DNA from: an uncultured Bacteroidota bacterium
GTDB taxonomy: Bacteria > Bacteroidota > Bacteroidia > JABEUT01
Assembly (NCBI GenBank): GCA_963767125.1
Contig: CAVYDB010000047.1
Location: forward strand, 2,585 to 66,584
Direction of reading: 5' to 3'
DNA: 64,000 nt
Shown piece after piece: positions 37,498 through 46,830 of the stretch. Positions within the stretch are counted from its first letter, which is position 1, and every line of letters begins with the position of its first letter. The position numbers were made by a program, and so were the translations under genes. Below the pieces are notes generated by a model. That model was not told the origin of the DNA. It saw only the letters and a program-made list of their open reading frames with translations, and did not search any database.

Positions 37498-40179
37498 ATG
37501 AAAACAAAAATTAAAATACTTGCACGTGTATTATTGCTTGCAGGTATGTGCTTTTTCTTTAATAAAGCATCGGCACAAACTACAATTTATCCAACACCAT
37601 TTGGCATCCCTTTGCCTGTCCATGATGTGATTCAATCAGCTAAACATATCCAGACAATCATGGGAGGTCCAAGTGGTACGCCGTCAACTTCCACCACCCT
37701 AAATGCCTGTGGTATAAACACCGAAAGTCCCCAATTTAAGCTTGATGTGATGGGTGATGCGGATACCAATGACATAAACATCGGTTGTGCGCTTTGCACC
37801 CCGGTAAATAGTGGGGGTTACCGCATAGGCGGGAACCAGGTGTTATACACCGATGGCGACCCTACGAGTATATTTGTGGGGGCACAGGCTCCGGTATCTC
37901 CCTCATATATTTTTACCGCGGGTTTAAATTCCTGTCTTGGCTATGGAGTTTGCCCCAATTTAGGTATCGGGCATAGCAACACGCTAATTGGTGGATATGC
38001 TGGTAATCATATAGTTAATGGACGCGATAATACGTATCTTGGTGATTCTGCGGGGTTTAGCGATACTAACGGGCTATATAACGTTATGATCGGCTTTGAA
38101 TGTGGTGCATCAAATACCGGTACAGCATACCCGGAGGGAGATTATAACACCATGTGCGGGTATATATGCGGTTTTAGCAACGTGCATGGCTATGCAAATA
38201 GTTATTATGGAAAGGCGGCGGGCTACTATAACAACGGCTCGGAAAACTGCATGTTTGGCGGGCATGCTGGAAACGGTGAGAGCGGCTCAATGGTTGACAG
38301 CAACGTATTTATGGGGAATTATAGCGCTTCGGCAATCGTAAAAGGCAACAATAATGTTATTGTAGGAAATCATGCCGGAAGCAGAACGGGGTATTATGAT
38401 TCTATCCCCAGTTATTATAACGTATTTGTGGGGGGATACAGTGCACAATTGGGTTATGGCGGGGGATATGACATTACACTCGGTTTTGGCTCAGATGCAT
38501 ATTCAGGTAGTACATATGGACCTGTTAATAATGCTGTGGCTATCGGTGCCAATGCGCTGGTTCTTAACAACAATAAATTTATACTTGGAAATAATGCCCA
38601 AGATGTAGGCATAGGGATGTCGGGCATGTCATCAGGTCCGAGCAATAGGTTAGAGATAAGCTATTTCAGCGATACCAGTGCTTCGCAACCATGTAGCTCA
38701 TTCTCATCTACGTTTAATGATACTCTTTGTAATAAAGCAGGAAATCAGACCGGGGCAAGTGGGTTGCAATTTCGCGACCTTACTAAGGCATCTGTTCCCT
38801 GGGTTTACGATAGTAATAGTGGCTTCCTTACTGTAGATGATTCGGGTAATGTGGTACTAATGTACCCCCCCACAGGGGCAGAAGGCAGAATCGGGACTTG
38901 TGCTTCCCCCAACATAATTTCAGCCGGCGATGGAGGCTTTGACCTTGCAACGAATAATGCAAATTTTTATTTTCTGGGAAATGGTTCTTCCTCAGCCAAT
39001 GTGCAAACAGTGCTTATTGGATACCCCTGCAAAGCAACTCCTACTGCAAAGCTAAATGTAAGGCAGGCATCGGGAGCAAATAATACCGTGGGAGAATACA
39101 TAACCAATACCGACTTGGGAACAGGAGTATATGGCAGCCCAAGACCAATAATCGGGATAGTGAGCCAAATGCCCTTTAATACTTCGTATTATGATGTAGC
39201 GGGCTGGTTTCAGGTTGAACATACATCTCCCAGCTTTCCTCTCAACAACCAGGGATATGCCATATTTGTTCCGGGAATTAGCGATGAGGGTAAATATATT
39301 AGCCAGGGAACAGTGGATATTGGATATCCATTTGCTACAGATATGCCCGATTTTCTGTTGGATGTGAATGGCTATGGACGCACGCTGGCAGGTATGATAC
39401 CATCCGATTCTATACTCAAAACAAATGTATCGCCTTTTTCTTATGGGCTAAAAACTATCCGTAATTTAAATCCGGTATCATACCAGTATAACGGCATAGG
39501 TGGGTTTGAAACAAGCAATAAATACATTGGTTTAATTGCCCAGAATTTGCAACGGAATGAACCTATGGGTGTAATACATTCAACTATAATTAAAGACAGC
39601 ATAAGCCATGACACAGCCTCTATTTTGAATATTTACGAAGAAGCCGTAATGTACACCGCTGTAAATGCTATTAAGCAGTTAGATTCTGCTGTCAGCCCAA
39701 AATTGCCGCTAATTCTGCATGATAGCGTTATTATTCAGCAACAGCAAAGAACGATAGACAGCCTTGTAAATGCCTTGCAAGGCATCCAAACCTGCCTTAC
39801 CACCCTTTGCAGTAATAACCATTCACCTGTTCATCTTAATGGTGGCAATGGAGGCTCCGGCGATAGCAGTAGCGCTATTACCAATGTTCAAAGTATCTTG
39901 CTTTCAGCATCTGTTAATGCGCCTTTGCTGTATCAAAACATCCCTAATCCTTTCAGCGTAGGCACTAAAATAAACTACTACCTGCCCGAAGGCACCATTG
40001 GGGCTACGCTGGTATTTTATGATACCTATGGCAACCAGATGAAAACGGTGGAACTAAGCCAAACAGGTAATGGCACTTTAAACATCACCCCCGACAATCT
40101 TACGGCAGGTATTTATTCCTACAGCCTTATTGTAAACAACACCGTGATAGATACCAAGAGGATGATACTACAGAAATAA
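37498..40179 (+). CDS. Fibre-like secreted protein: Gly-rich GxxAG repeats, peptidase S74 intramolecular chaperone, coiled coil, T9SS sorting domain
   Basis: NT..G..AG repeats; SDSILKTN...LNPVSYQY...GLIAQNL; QQQQRTIDSL; LYQNIPNPF...KRMILQK. Confidence 0.8.
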   Translation: MKTKIKILARVLLLAGMCFFFNKASAQTTIYPTPFGIPLPVHDVIQSAKHIQTIMGGPSGTPSTSTTLNACGINTESPQFKLDVMGDADTNDINIGCALCTPVNSGGYRIGGNQVLYTDGDPTSIFVGAQAPVSPSYIFTAGLNSCLGYGVCPNLGIGHSNTLIGGYAGNHIVNGRDNTYLGDSAGFSDTNGLYNVMIGFECGASNTGTAYPEGDYNTMCGYICGFSNVHGYANSYYGKAAGYYNNGSENCMFGGHAGNGESGSMVDSNVFMGNYSASAIVKGNNNVIVGNHAGSRTGYYDSIPSYYNVFVGGYSAQLGYGGGYDITLGFGSDAYSGSTYGPVNNAVAIGANALVLNNNKFILGNNAQDVGIGMSGMSSGPSNRLEISYFSDTSASQPCSSFSSTFNDTLCNKAGNQTGASGLQFRDLTKASVPWVYDSNSGFLTVDDSGNVVLMYPPTGAEGRIGTCASPNIISAGDGGFDLATNNANFYFLGNGSSSANVQTVLIGYPCKATPTAKLNVRQASGANNTVGEYITNTDLGTGVYGSPRPIIGIVSQMPFNTSYYDVAGWFQVEHTSPSFPLNNQGYAIFVPGISDEGKYISQGTVDIGYPFATDMPDFLLDVNGYGRTLAGMIPSDSILKTNVSPFSYGLKTIRNLNPVSYQYNGIGGFETSNKYIGLIAQNLQRNEPMGVIHSTIIKDSISHDTASILNIYEEAVMYTAVNAIKQLDSAVSPKLPLILHDSVIIQQQQRTIDSLVNALQGIQTCLTTLCSNNHSPVHLNGGNGGSGDSSSAITNVQSILLSASVNAPLLYQNIPNPFSVGTKINYYLPEGTIGATLVFYDTYGNQMKTVELSQTGNGTLNITPDNLTAGIYSYSLIVNNTVIDTKRMILQK

Positions 40180-40213
40180 AGAATAACCTGCAAATGTTTC
40201 CAAATCTACGACA

Positions 40214-40344
40214 CTAACGCTTCCCCCTTCGGGGGGAAGATGGTTAGGGGTAGTACAAACCTAACGCTTCCCCCTTCGGGGGGAAGTTAGTTAGGCCTGC
40301 ACAAATGTAACGCTTCCCCACTTGGGGGGAAGAAGGTTAGGGGT
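40214..40344. repeat. Three tandem 46-47 bp REP-like palindromes (core CTTCCCCC-TTC-GGGGGGAAG)
   Basis: TAACGCTTCCCC starts at 40215, 40262 and 40308; outer CTAAC/GTTAG arms. Confidence 0.85.
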
Positions 40345-40478
40345 TTCCGGTTATTTTGTATTTTGAATAACTTTTACCTATACTTAGCTATACTAAAAAC
40401 ACCCTCTGAAACCCAATAGGGACACAGCATTCGGGGAATTGACTCATAACCATGCACTTAAGTAGTCTGATTTTATGC

Positions 40479-40564
40479 CCCGCCCGAATGTCAGCCCGAA
40501 AGATTCCTGCCCCAAAGGTGAGGTTAGGCGGGCATTCTGGAGGGTACCATCCGGTACGGGCGGG
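40479..40564. repeat. Three nested GC-rich mini-hairpin elements
   Basis: Outer CCCGCCCG...CGGGCGGG perfect 8-bp stem; inner 27-nt CCTGCC...GGCGGG at 40506-40532. Confidence 0.7.
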
Positions 40565-40610
40565 CGTTTTATGCCGTTTATTTGAGTGTGGTCTTTTTGC
40601 CGAAGAGTTT

Positions 40611-41714
40611 CTATTTACCCTGTGCTTTTTTTATAAGCTGAATAAATTCATCAAAAATATAGCGGGCATCTTCCGGTCCGGGCGATGCTTCGGGGTGGTA
40701 TTGCACGGCAAAAACGGGTTTGTGTTTCAACCGTATCCCTTCAATGGTTCCGTCGTTCAGGTTAACGTGGGTCACCTCCACATACTTCGATTTCCTGATG
40801 CCTTCCTCACTTACAGCAAAGCCATGATTCTGTGAAGTTATTTCGCATTTTCCGGTAAGTAAATTTTTAACCGGGTGGTTTATTCCCCTATGACCGCTGT
40901 GCATCTTATACGTTTCAATTCCATTGGCAAGGGCAATAAGCTGGTGCCCCAGGCAAATCCCTAATGTGGGTATGCCCGATTCTATAAGCTGTGCAATAAT
41001 GGCAGTTTCATAAGGCATCGCCCCCGGGTCGCCCGGTCCGTTAGATATTAATATTCCATCGGGTTCCCATTCAGTAATATCTGCCACTGTAGAATCCATA
41101 GGATATACCTTCACCTTGCATTTCCGGTCCACAAGGCACTTTATAATATTTCCTTTCACGCCCATATCAAGTAGCGCTACTTTAAAGGGGGCATCGGGCT
41201 CACCTTCCTCATACGGGCTTTCAGTGGTTACCTTTGAAGATAATTCAAGCCCCTGCATAGAAGGGACTTTTTTCAGCATTTTGCCTAATTCAGCAATATC
41301 GGTTATTTCTGATGAGATAATGCCATTCATGGCTCCTTTACTGCGCAAATACCTGACAAGAGCCCTTGTATCAATATCTGAAATAGCTACAATCTTGTTT
41401 TCCTCAAAAAACTTTCCAAGAGATAACTGTGCCCTTTTGCGGGAAGGTATTTCGTTAAATGTCCTGCATATCAAGCCTGCTATCTTAATTCCTTTCGATT
41501 CGTTTTCATGTTCCTCTATTCCATAATTACCAATATGTACATGGGTAGCAACCAACAGTTGTCCATAGTAAGAGGGGTCGGTAAAAATTTCCTGGTAACC
41601 GGTCATACCAGTATTAAAACAAAGTTCTCCGGTAGAAGTGCCTTTAGCCCCGTAAGCCCGCCCGTAAAAAACCTTTCCATCTTCTAACAAAAGTGTTGCA
41701 GACAGGTTCGGCAT
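40611..41714 (-). CDS. carA: Carbamoyl-phosphate synthase small subunit
   Basis: FNTGMTGYQE, SNGPGDP, GICLGHQL, ITSQNHG, QYHPEASPGP. Confidence 0.97.
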   Translation of the reverse strand: MPNLSATLLLEDGKVFYGRAYGAKGTSTGELCFNTGMTGYQEIFTDPSYYGQLLVATHVHIGNYGIEEHENESKGIKIAGLICRTFNEIPSRKRAQLSLGKFFEENKIVAISDIDTRALVRYLRSKGAMNGIISSEITDIAELGKMLKKVPSMQGLELSSKVTTESPYEEGEPDAPFKVALLDMGVKGNIIKCLVDRKCKVKVYPMDSTVADITEWEPDGILISNGPGDPGAMPYETAIIAQLIESGIPTLGICLGHQLIALANGIETYKMHSGHRGINHPVKNLLTGKCEITSQNHGFAVSEEGIRKSKYVEVTHVNLNDGTIEGIRLKHKPVFAVQYHPEASPGPEDARYIFDEFIQLIKKAQGK

Positions 41715-41842
41715 TGTGCTAATCAGGAATTAGAGATTAATAAACAAAGCAAATCTATACTTTCTACCTCGAACTGTAGCAAAACAATTTTTCAGAATTT
41801 ATTAACGATACACCAATACTGCAGAGACACGTTTTACAATAT

Positions 41843-43189
41843 TTAAAAGGTAGGAAACAATTCTCCCCTATAGTTTGACACACTTACGGGAGGAATAGTA
41901 GATCCATAATTCGCATTAATACTTGCAATAAACTGATTTGCTATAAGGGCGTATCCAATAGCGGTAGGGTGAACCCCATCAAGTCCGAATGCACCGCCTT
42001 GAATAAACTGCCTTGTAAGGGTAATTCCATCAATAGTGAAACTGCTTTGTAAGGAGGTAAGGAACTGGTGCATATCCACAACCGGATAGCCAAACGATGC
42101 AGCCGTACTTTTAATAGAAGCATTGTAGGCATTGGTGGCAGTTTCTACAGAATCAACCTCAGAAGCATCTAAAACCTGGTTATTGGGAACAGGATTAGAC
42201 GCATACACCCCCTGCCCCGCTACCACGCTGGTATATTCCGTAAGGAGTATATAATCGCCATCGGTAGCTTGTCTTACTCCTGTTGCTGTAGTTATATACA
42301 GATACTGTCTTGCCCCGTTTACTATAACATAAGAAGGGACAGTATTAAAAAACGGAATAGAAATAACATCGGGGATAGTGGCGCAAATGCCTTTTGCACC
42401 CATTTTGTGGAATGCTGTAAGAATAGAATCATATTTTGCCTGAAATACATCGGGAGGGGTTATTGCATTTAAGTAAATAGTACCAAAGGGGCTCACATCC
42501 GATTCCACTACACCGCCGCTGGTAGCATATCCTAATACATCGTTATTGCCAAGCCAACAGGTGAAAAAAGTTGCCTTGCTTGCCCTTACAAAGTTTATAT
42601 AATTAACAGGACTGGTGACAAAAGCGCTTCCGAAAGCGAGGTATCTGCCATAGGGGTTTCCAATGGTACCACCTAACAGAGAGTTGGTTTGATAACCCGT
42701 AATTACATTGTTGATTAATGCTTCAGTTGAATTAAAAGACACACAATTGGTAAGTAAAATACCTGCAATTCCTAAATTATTATAGGAGTTTGCCTGGAGA
42801 CTTGCGCCCCAGTCAGCCCAAGAGGCATCAGGGTCACAGGGATTAGGTCCAGCGGTGGAATCATCGCCAGGTTGAACAGGTGTAAGTTGTCCATTTAGAT
42901 AAACAAGGTGAATATAACCCGAACCATTACCTGTTACCATCGGTTGATTAAATACCATTGAGGGGTCAGCTAACTTCGCCTGTTGTGCAATAATGGATGG
43001 ATAAGAGTGACTTTGACCGTACGCATAAAGTCCTCCGTCCATATACCCTTGTGTGAGAGAATTCCCTACAGAGATAAAGGTGGTGAAGTCTGCACTCCCT
43101 GTGGAATATTTCGGGGTGTTGAATTGAGATTTAGTACAAGAGGCTAACGCTATAGTAACAACCGATATATATATGAGTGTTTTTTTCAT
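41843..43189 (-). CDS. SGNH/GDSL hydrolase lipoprotein
   Basis: Lipobox LASC; blocks GNSLTQG, WLGNND and DGVHP. Confidence 0.85.
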   Translation of the reverse strand: MKKTLIYISVVTIALASCTKSQFNTPKYSTGSADFTTFISVGNSLTQGYMDGGLYAYGQSHSYPSIIAQQAKLADPSMVFNQPMVTGNGSGYIHLVYLNGQLTPVQPGDDSTAGPNPCDPDASWADWGASLQANSYNNLGIAGILLTNCVSFNSTEALINNVITGYQTNSLLGGTIGNPYGRYLAFGSAFVTSPVNYINFVRASKATFFTCWLGNNDVLGYATSGGVVESDVSPFGTIYLNAITPPDVFQAKYDSILTAFHKMGAKGICATIPDVISIPFFNTVPSYVIVNGARQYLYITTATGVRQATDGDYILLTEYTSVVAGQGVYASNPVPNNQVLDASEVDSVETATNAYNASIKSTAASFGYPVVDMHQFLTSLQSSFTIDGITLTRQFIQGGAFGLDGVHPTAIGYALIANQFIASINANYGSTIPPVSVSNYRGELFPTF

Positions 43190-43207
43190 GGTAGTTATTC
43201 TTTAAAA

Positions 43208-44521
43208 TTAAAATTGGTAATTTACACCTAAGCCGAAAATATTTATTATCCGGTGATAGGAAGCAGTAAAGCTTGGTCCGGCAATAGATTCTGGAGCCCC
43301 GCTTGGGTTATTCCAGGTGGTATTATTCCAGGTAAAGTCAGAACGCAGGTAAGCTATATCTACCGAGTAGTGCCTGCAAAATTTAATCCCTGCCCCTATA
43401 CACACTCCGCTCGAATTTCCATCTACTATTTCCGGGCTTACATAGCCATCTTGAACGGGCGTTTGGTCAATATAATAGCCAACCCGCAGGGTGTATTTCT
43501 TCATAAAGGTAGCTTCTGCCCCCATGCGGTGAGCCATGGTATTTTTCCAATTATACACAAAACCCTGTGAGGGCGTGTTCGGGTTTGTAAAAGCGATATG
43601 AAGAGAATCGTAGCTACTCCAAAAGGTATATTCAAAATCGTAGGTAACCATAAAATCCCAGTTTTTGCAACAGGAAAACTTATACGCTATTCCGGCGGTA
43701 AATACTGCGGGCATATTTACACTGGTCGAAAAATTTTCGGTTGCCGGGAAATCCGTTGCTAATGATGCCGGAATTTGGGTGAAACTTACATCACCATTAG
43801 GTACTGTCATAGGTAAGCCCGAACGGTAGCTTACCCCAAGTTGCAGGCATTGGTGGGAACCGGAATCAGTTCCATGTTGCCATATTTTGGAGAATAGCCC
43901 GAAGTTATATCCAAAAGCATGGCCCGTACCATTGATAGAAACCTCGCCGTTTTGTGTTACATCTCCATTAGGGTTAGTGCTGCTTGCAGTCGGGATAGCC
44001 TTCATATCGGAAAAAGTGCCCAGGGTATAAACAAATCCACCGCCTACGCTAAGCGCCTTGCAAAGCTGGTAGGATATGGTTGGTTGAAACATATAGGTTT
44101 TTAGCTTTATAGTTTGAACAATATATTCACCTTCCCAAGTAGTGGGGTAAGATGCAGCAGAGCCAAACTGGTTATTCACCTCCAACCCCACTCTCAACTT
44201 ATTGCAGAAACTACCTACATAGTAAAAATCAACAGGTGTATATACTTTAGAAGTTTGGTCAACATTGGGAGTAGATGGTGTCTGTAAGGATACATAAGGA
44301 AACAGTCCTAAAACCCCCGCAGTAAAATTTTGCCCCGTTAAATTATTCATTCCCGCCGGATTATAAAATACCGTGGAAGCATCTCCGCAAAAACCTGTAA
44401 AAGCCCCGCCAAATGCCATTGATTTAACAGATTGCTGTGGTATCTGAAACCCTCCGGCAGTAAGTGTGAAGAGCGGTGAACTGAGAGGTATGAGCGACAA
44501 TAATGCACATATTTTTTTCAT
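43208..44521 (-). CDS. OmpP1/FadL/TodX family outer-membrane transporter
   Basis: AGGFQ...DASTVFYNPAG start; terminal YQF; adjacent to the GDSL lipase. Confidence 0.85.
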   Translation of the reverse strand: MKKICALLSLIPLSSPLFTLTAGGFQIPQQSVKSMAFGGAFTGFCGDASTVFYNPAGMNNLTGQNFTAGVLGLFPYVSLQTPSTPNVDQTSKVYTPVDFYYVGSFCNKLRVGLEVNNQFGSAASYPTTWEGEYIVQTIKLKTYMFQPTISYQLCKALSVGGGFVYTLGTFSDMKAIPTASSTNPNGDVTQNGEVSINGTGHAFGYNFGLFSKIWQHGTDSGSHQCLQLGVSYRSGLPMTVPNGDVSFTQIPASLATDFPATENFSTSVNMPAVFTAGIAYKFSCCKNWDFMVTYDFEYTFWSSYDSLHIAFTNPNTPSQGFVYNWKNTMAHRMGAEATFMKKYTLRVGYYIDQTPVQDGYVSPEIVDGNSSGVCIGAGIKFCRHYSVDIAYLRSDFTWNNTTWNNPSGAPESIAGPSFTASYHRIINIFGLGVNYQF

Positions 44522-44614
44522 AGTGTGGTAGTGTTTTGGTTCACAAATGTACTATTTTGGTATTTCCAATCACTCAATCTCATTTATTATATTTGAATGC
44601 TTAATTGATACAGC

Positions 44615-45547
44615 ATGAGATACCACCTATTCCTTATTGTATCATTCCTTCCATTTTGTAATTGTTTTGGACAAACTGATATTGAGAAAACTATTACTGT
44701 TGATGGAAGAGAAAGAGAATATATTATCCATTTGCCACCCGGCTATCAAAACCAAAATAAACTACCTATTCTCTTCGGTTTGCATGGCGGTGGTGGAACT
44801 AATAAAAACACCATACCATTTTATAACCTGAATTGCTTAGCCGATAAAAATAACTTTATAGTCGTATATCCTAATGCCATAGCCAAAAGCTGGACGATAC
44901 CAGGCTTTTCAACACGGGAAAAAGGGGCCGACTCAACAGTGGATGATGTTCATTTTATTTCAGTTTTGCTTGATACCATTATCAGGCATTATAAAGGCGA
45001 CAGCACAAAGGTTTTCACCACCGGTATTTCTCGTGGAGGAGAGTTTTCGCTTTATCTCGCCTATAAACTTTCCAAAAGAATTACTGCCATAGCACCGGTG
45101 TGTGCCAGCGTACCTAAAAGTGTTTTATCATATTACTCTTTCAACCATTCCACACCCGTTTTAGTAATAAACGGAACTGACGACCCGCTTATTAAATATG
45201 ACGGAGGCTATGGAAAATATTTAAGAACTGATGAACCCGGAGAAGGCTTTGATATGGCCTCGACAAACGATTTAATAAAAAAAATTGTGTCTATTGATTC
45301 CTGCAATGTCAATGGCACACTAACCGGCATGCCTGACAATGACCCCGATGACGGTTGTATAGCTCAAAAAATAGAATACCGTTGTGGAAACACAAACGTT
45401 ACCTTAATTAAAATAATAAACGGAGGTCATACCTGGGCAGGTGGAAAGCAATATTTACCCAAATTTATAATTGGCAGAGTATGCAGGGATTTCAATGCAG
45501 AAGATGAAATATTTAATTTCTTTCTTGAAGTGATTAACAAACAATAA
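44615..45547 (+). CDS. Alpha/beta hydrolase, LpqC/PHB depolymerase-like esterase
   Basis: LHGGGG, nucleophile TGISRGG, NGTDDP, GGHTW. Confidence 0.85.
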   Translation: MRYHLFLIVSFLPFCNCFGQTDIEKTITVDGREREYIIHLPPGYQNQNKLPILFGLHGGGGTNKNTIPFYNLNCLADKNNFIVVYPNAIAKSWTIPGFSTREKGADSTVDDVHFISVLLDTIIRHYKGDSTKVFTTGISRGGEFSLYLAYKLSKRITAIAPVCASVPKSVLSYYSFNHSTPVLVINGTDDPLIKYDGGYGKYLRTDEPGEGFDMASTNDLIKKIVSIDSCNVNGTLTGMPDNDPDDGCIAQKIEYRCGNTNVTLIKIINGGHTWAGGKQYLPKFIIGRVCRDFNAEDEIFNFFLEVINKQ

Positions 45548-45602
45548 AATATTAAAAAGTAGATATAGAATTTCTGAATAGAATTACGTGTAAAGGAATA
45601 TT

Positions 45603-45610
45603 TATCTTTG
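45603..45610 (+). promoter_or_regulatory. -7 promoter element TATCTTTG
   Basis: TAnnTTTG upstream of ATG 45638. Confidence 0.55.
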
Positions 45611-45637
45611 TATCTACAATTCATTTTAAAATGAACT

Positions 45638-46345
45638 ATGGAAACAAATAATGATTTTTCGGAAGTAGCAGGTTTGATTGGTGAACCTGCAAGGGCAACT
45701 ATGTTATGGAGTCTTTTAGACGGAAGAGCCTATACTGCAAGTGAGTTAGCCGTAGTGTCGAATATTTCAGCCCAGTCAGCCAGTAACCATTTAAACAAGT
45801 TAGTAGAGGCTGATTTTCTAAAAGTAGAAAAGCAGGGTAAACACAGGTACTACAGGGTTTCAAGACAGGAAGTTGCCAGCACTGTAGAAGCTATCGCAAG
45901 CTTGCTACCTGATAAAAAACTAACGAGGAAAAAGCAAGAATATAAAAATGGAGATATTCAGTTTTGTCGCACTTGTTATGACCACCTCTCCGGAAAAATT
46001 GCCGTGGACCTTACACAAGCATTGGTAAAACAAAAAATGCTTATTCTGAAAGATGAAGAATTCTTGGTAAGTACCAAGGGTGAAACATGGTTTAAAAATA
46101 TTGGGCTTGATATAACTAAAATTGAAAAAGGTAAACGGCATTTCGCCAAACCATGCCTTGACTGGACAGAGCGAAAATATCACCTTGCAGGTGCATTGGG
46201 AGCTGCATTGCTAAAACATATTAAGAAAAATAACTGGGTAAAATTAAAGGCCAATTCGCGTACTGTAATATTGACAGCTAAAGGGATAAGTGAATTAAGG
46301 GAACTTGGAATAAATTTATTGTTTCCCGTAGATTTTGCAAATTGA
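45638..46345 (+). CDS. ArsR/SmtB family transcriptional regulator with Cys-containing C-terminal domain
   Basis: PARATML, ASNHLNKL, GKHRYY, RTCYDHL, CLDWTER. Confidence 0.9.
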   Translation: METNNDFSEVAGLIGEPARATMLWSLLDGRAYTASELAVVSNISAQSASNHLNKLVEADFLKVEKQGKHRYYRVSRQEVASTVEAIASLLPDKKLTRKKQEYKNGDIQFCRTCYDHLSGKIAVDLTQALVKQKMLILKDEEFLVSTKGETWFKNIGLDITKIEKGKRHFAKPCLDWTERKYHLAGALGAALLKHIKKNNWVKLKANSRTVILTAKGISELRELGINLLFPVDFAN

Positions 46346-46377
46346 AACATCAACGAAAATCTGGGGAATCTGAAAAT

Positions 46378-46819
46378 GGTAATGTGGTCAAAAATAGTTG
46401 GTGATTAATTGATTTTTATTGTTTATTATTCACGCGTCAATCTGAAGCGAGCTCTGCTGGAGAGCAACTCGTTAGCAATAGGGTTGATGCGTTAACGGTA
46501 ATAAGGCAGTCTTTATAAGGGCTGCCTTATATGTTGATTACCGGAACGCTTTATGGCTCGGAAAACTCACTTGTCGTCAGACAAGTACAGATACCATTTA
46601 ATAAAATCCATTCTGTGCTTTACGCTTAATCCACGGTGTAAATCCAGGTGATTTTTAAGATGCCCGAAGAACCCCTCGATACCATTGCCAACAACGCTTT
46701 TTTAAATGTTTTTCATATACAAGAAAAGTTTACTGAAACGAATTTCAGTAAACTTTTATCAATCCCCTATCCAGTATATACTTTACGGCTTTCTACCAAC
46801 TATTTTTGACCATTATACC
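46378..46819. mobile_element. Internally deleted IS / MITE-like element with 26-bp terminal inverted repeats
   Basis: GGTAATGTGGTCAAAAATAGTTGGTG (46378-46403) vs reverse complement of 46794-46819, 22/26 identical; transposase remnant inside. Confidence 0.75.
46567..46701 (-). pseudogene. Transposase C-terminal remnant (DDE type, IS256-like or IS1595-like)
   Basis: Manual translation KSVVGNGIEGFFGHLKNHLDLHRGLSVKHRMDFIKWYLYLSDDK*, preceded by an in-frame stop. Confidence 0.6.
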
Positions 46820-46830
46820 TAAAAAATGGA

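Noticed and set aside
40452-40835. 127-aa plus-strand ORF
   Set aside because: It reads through the nested GC-rich hairpins and is antisense to the carA 3' end; no protein-like features
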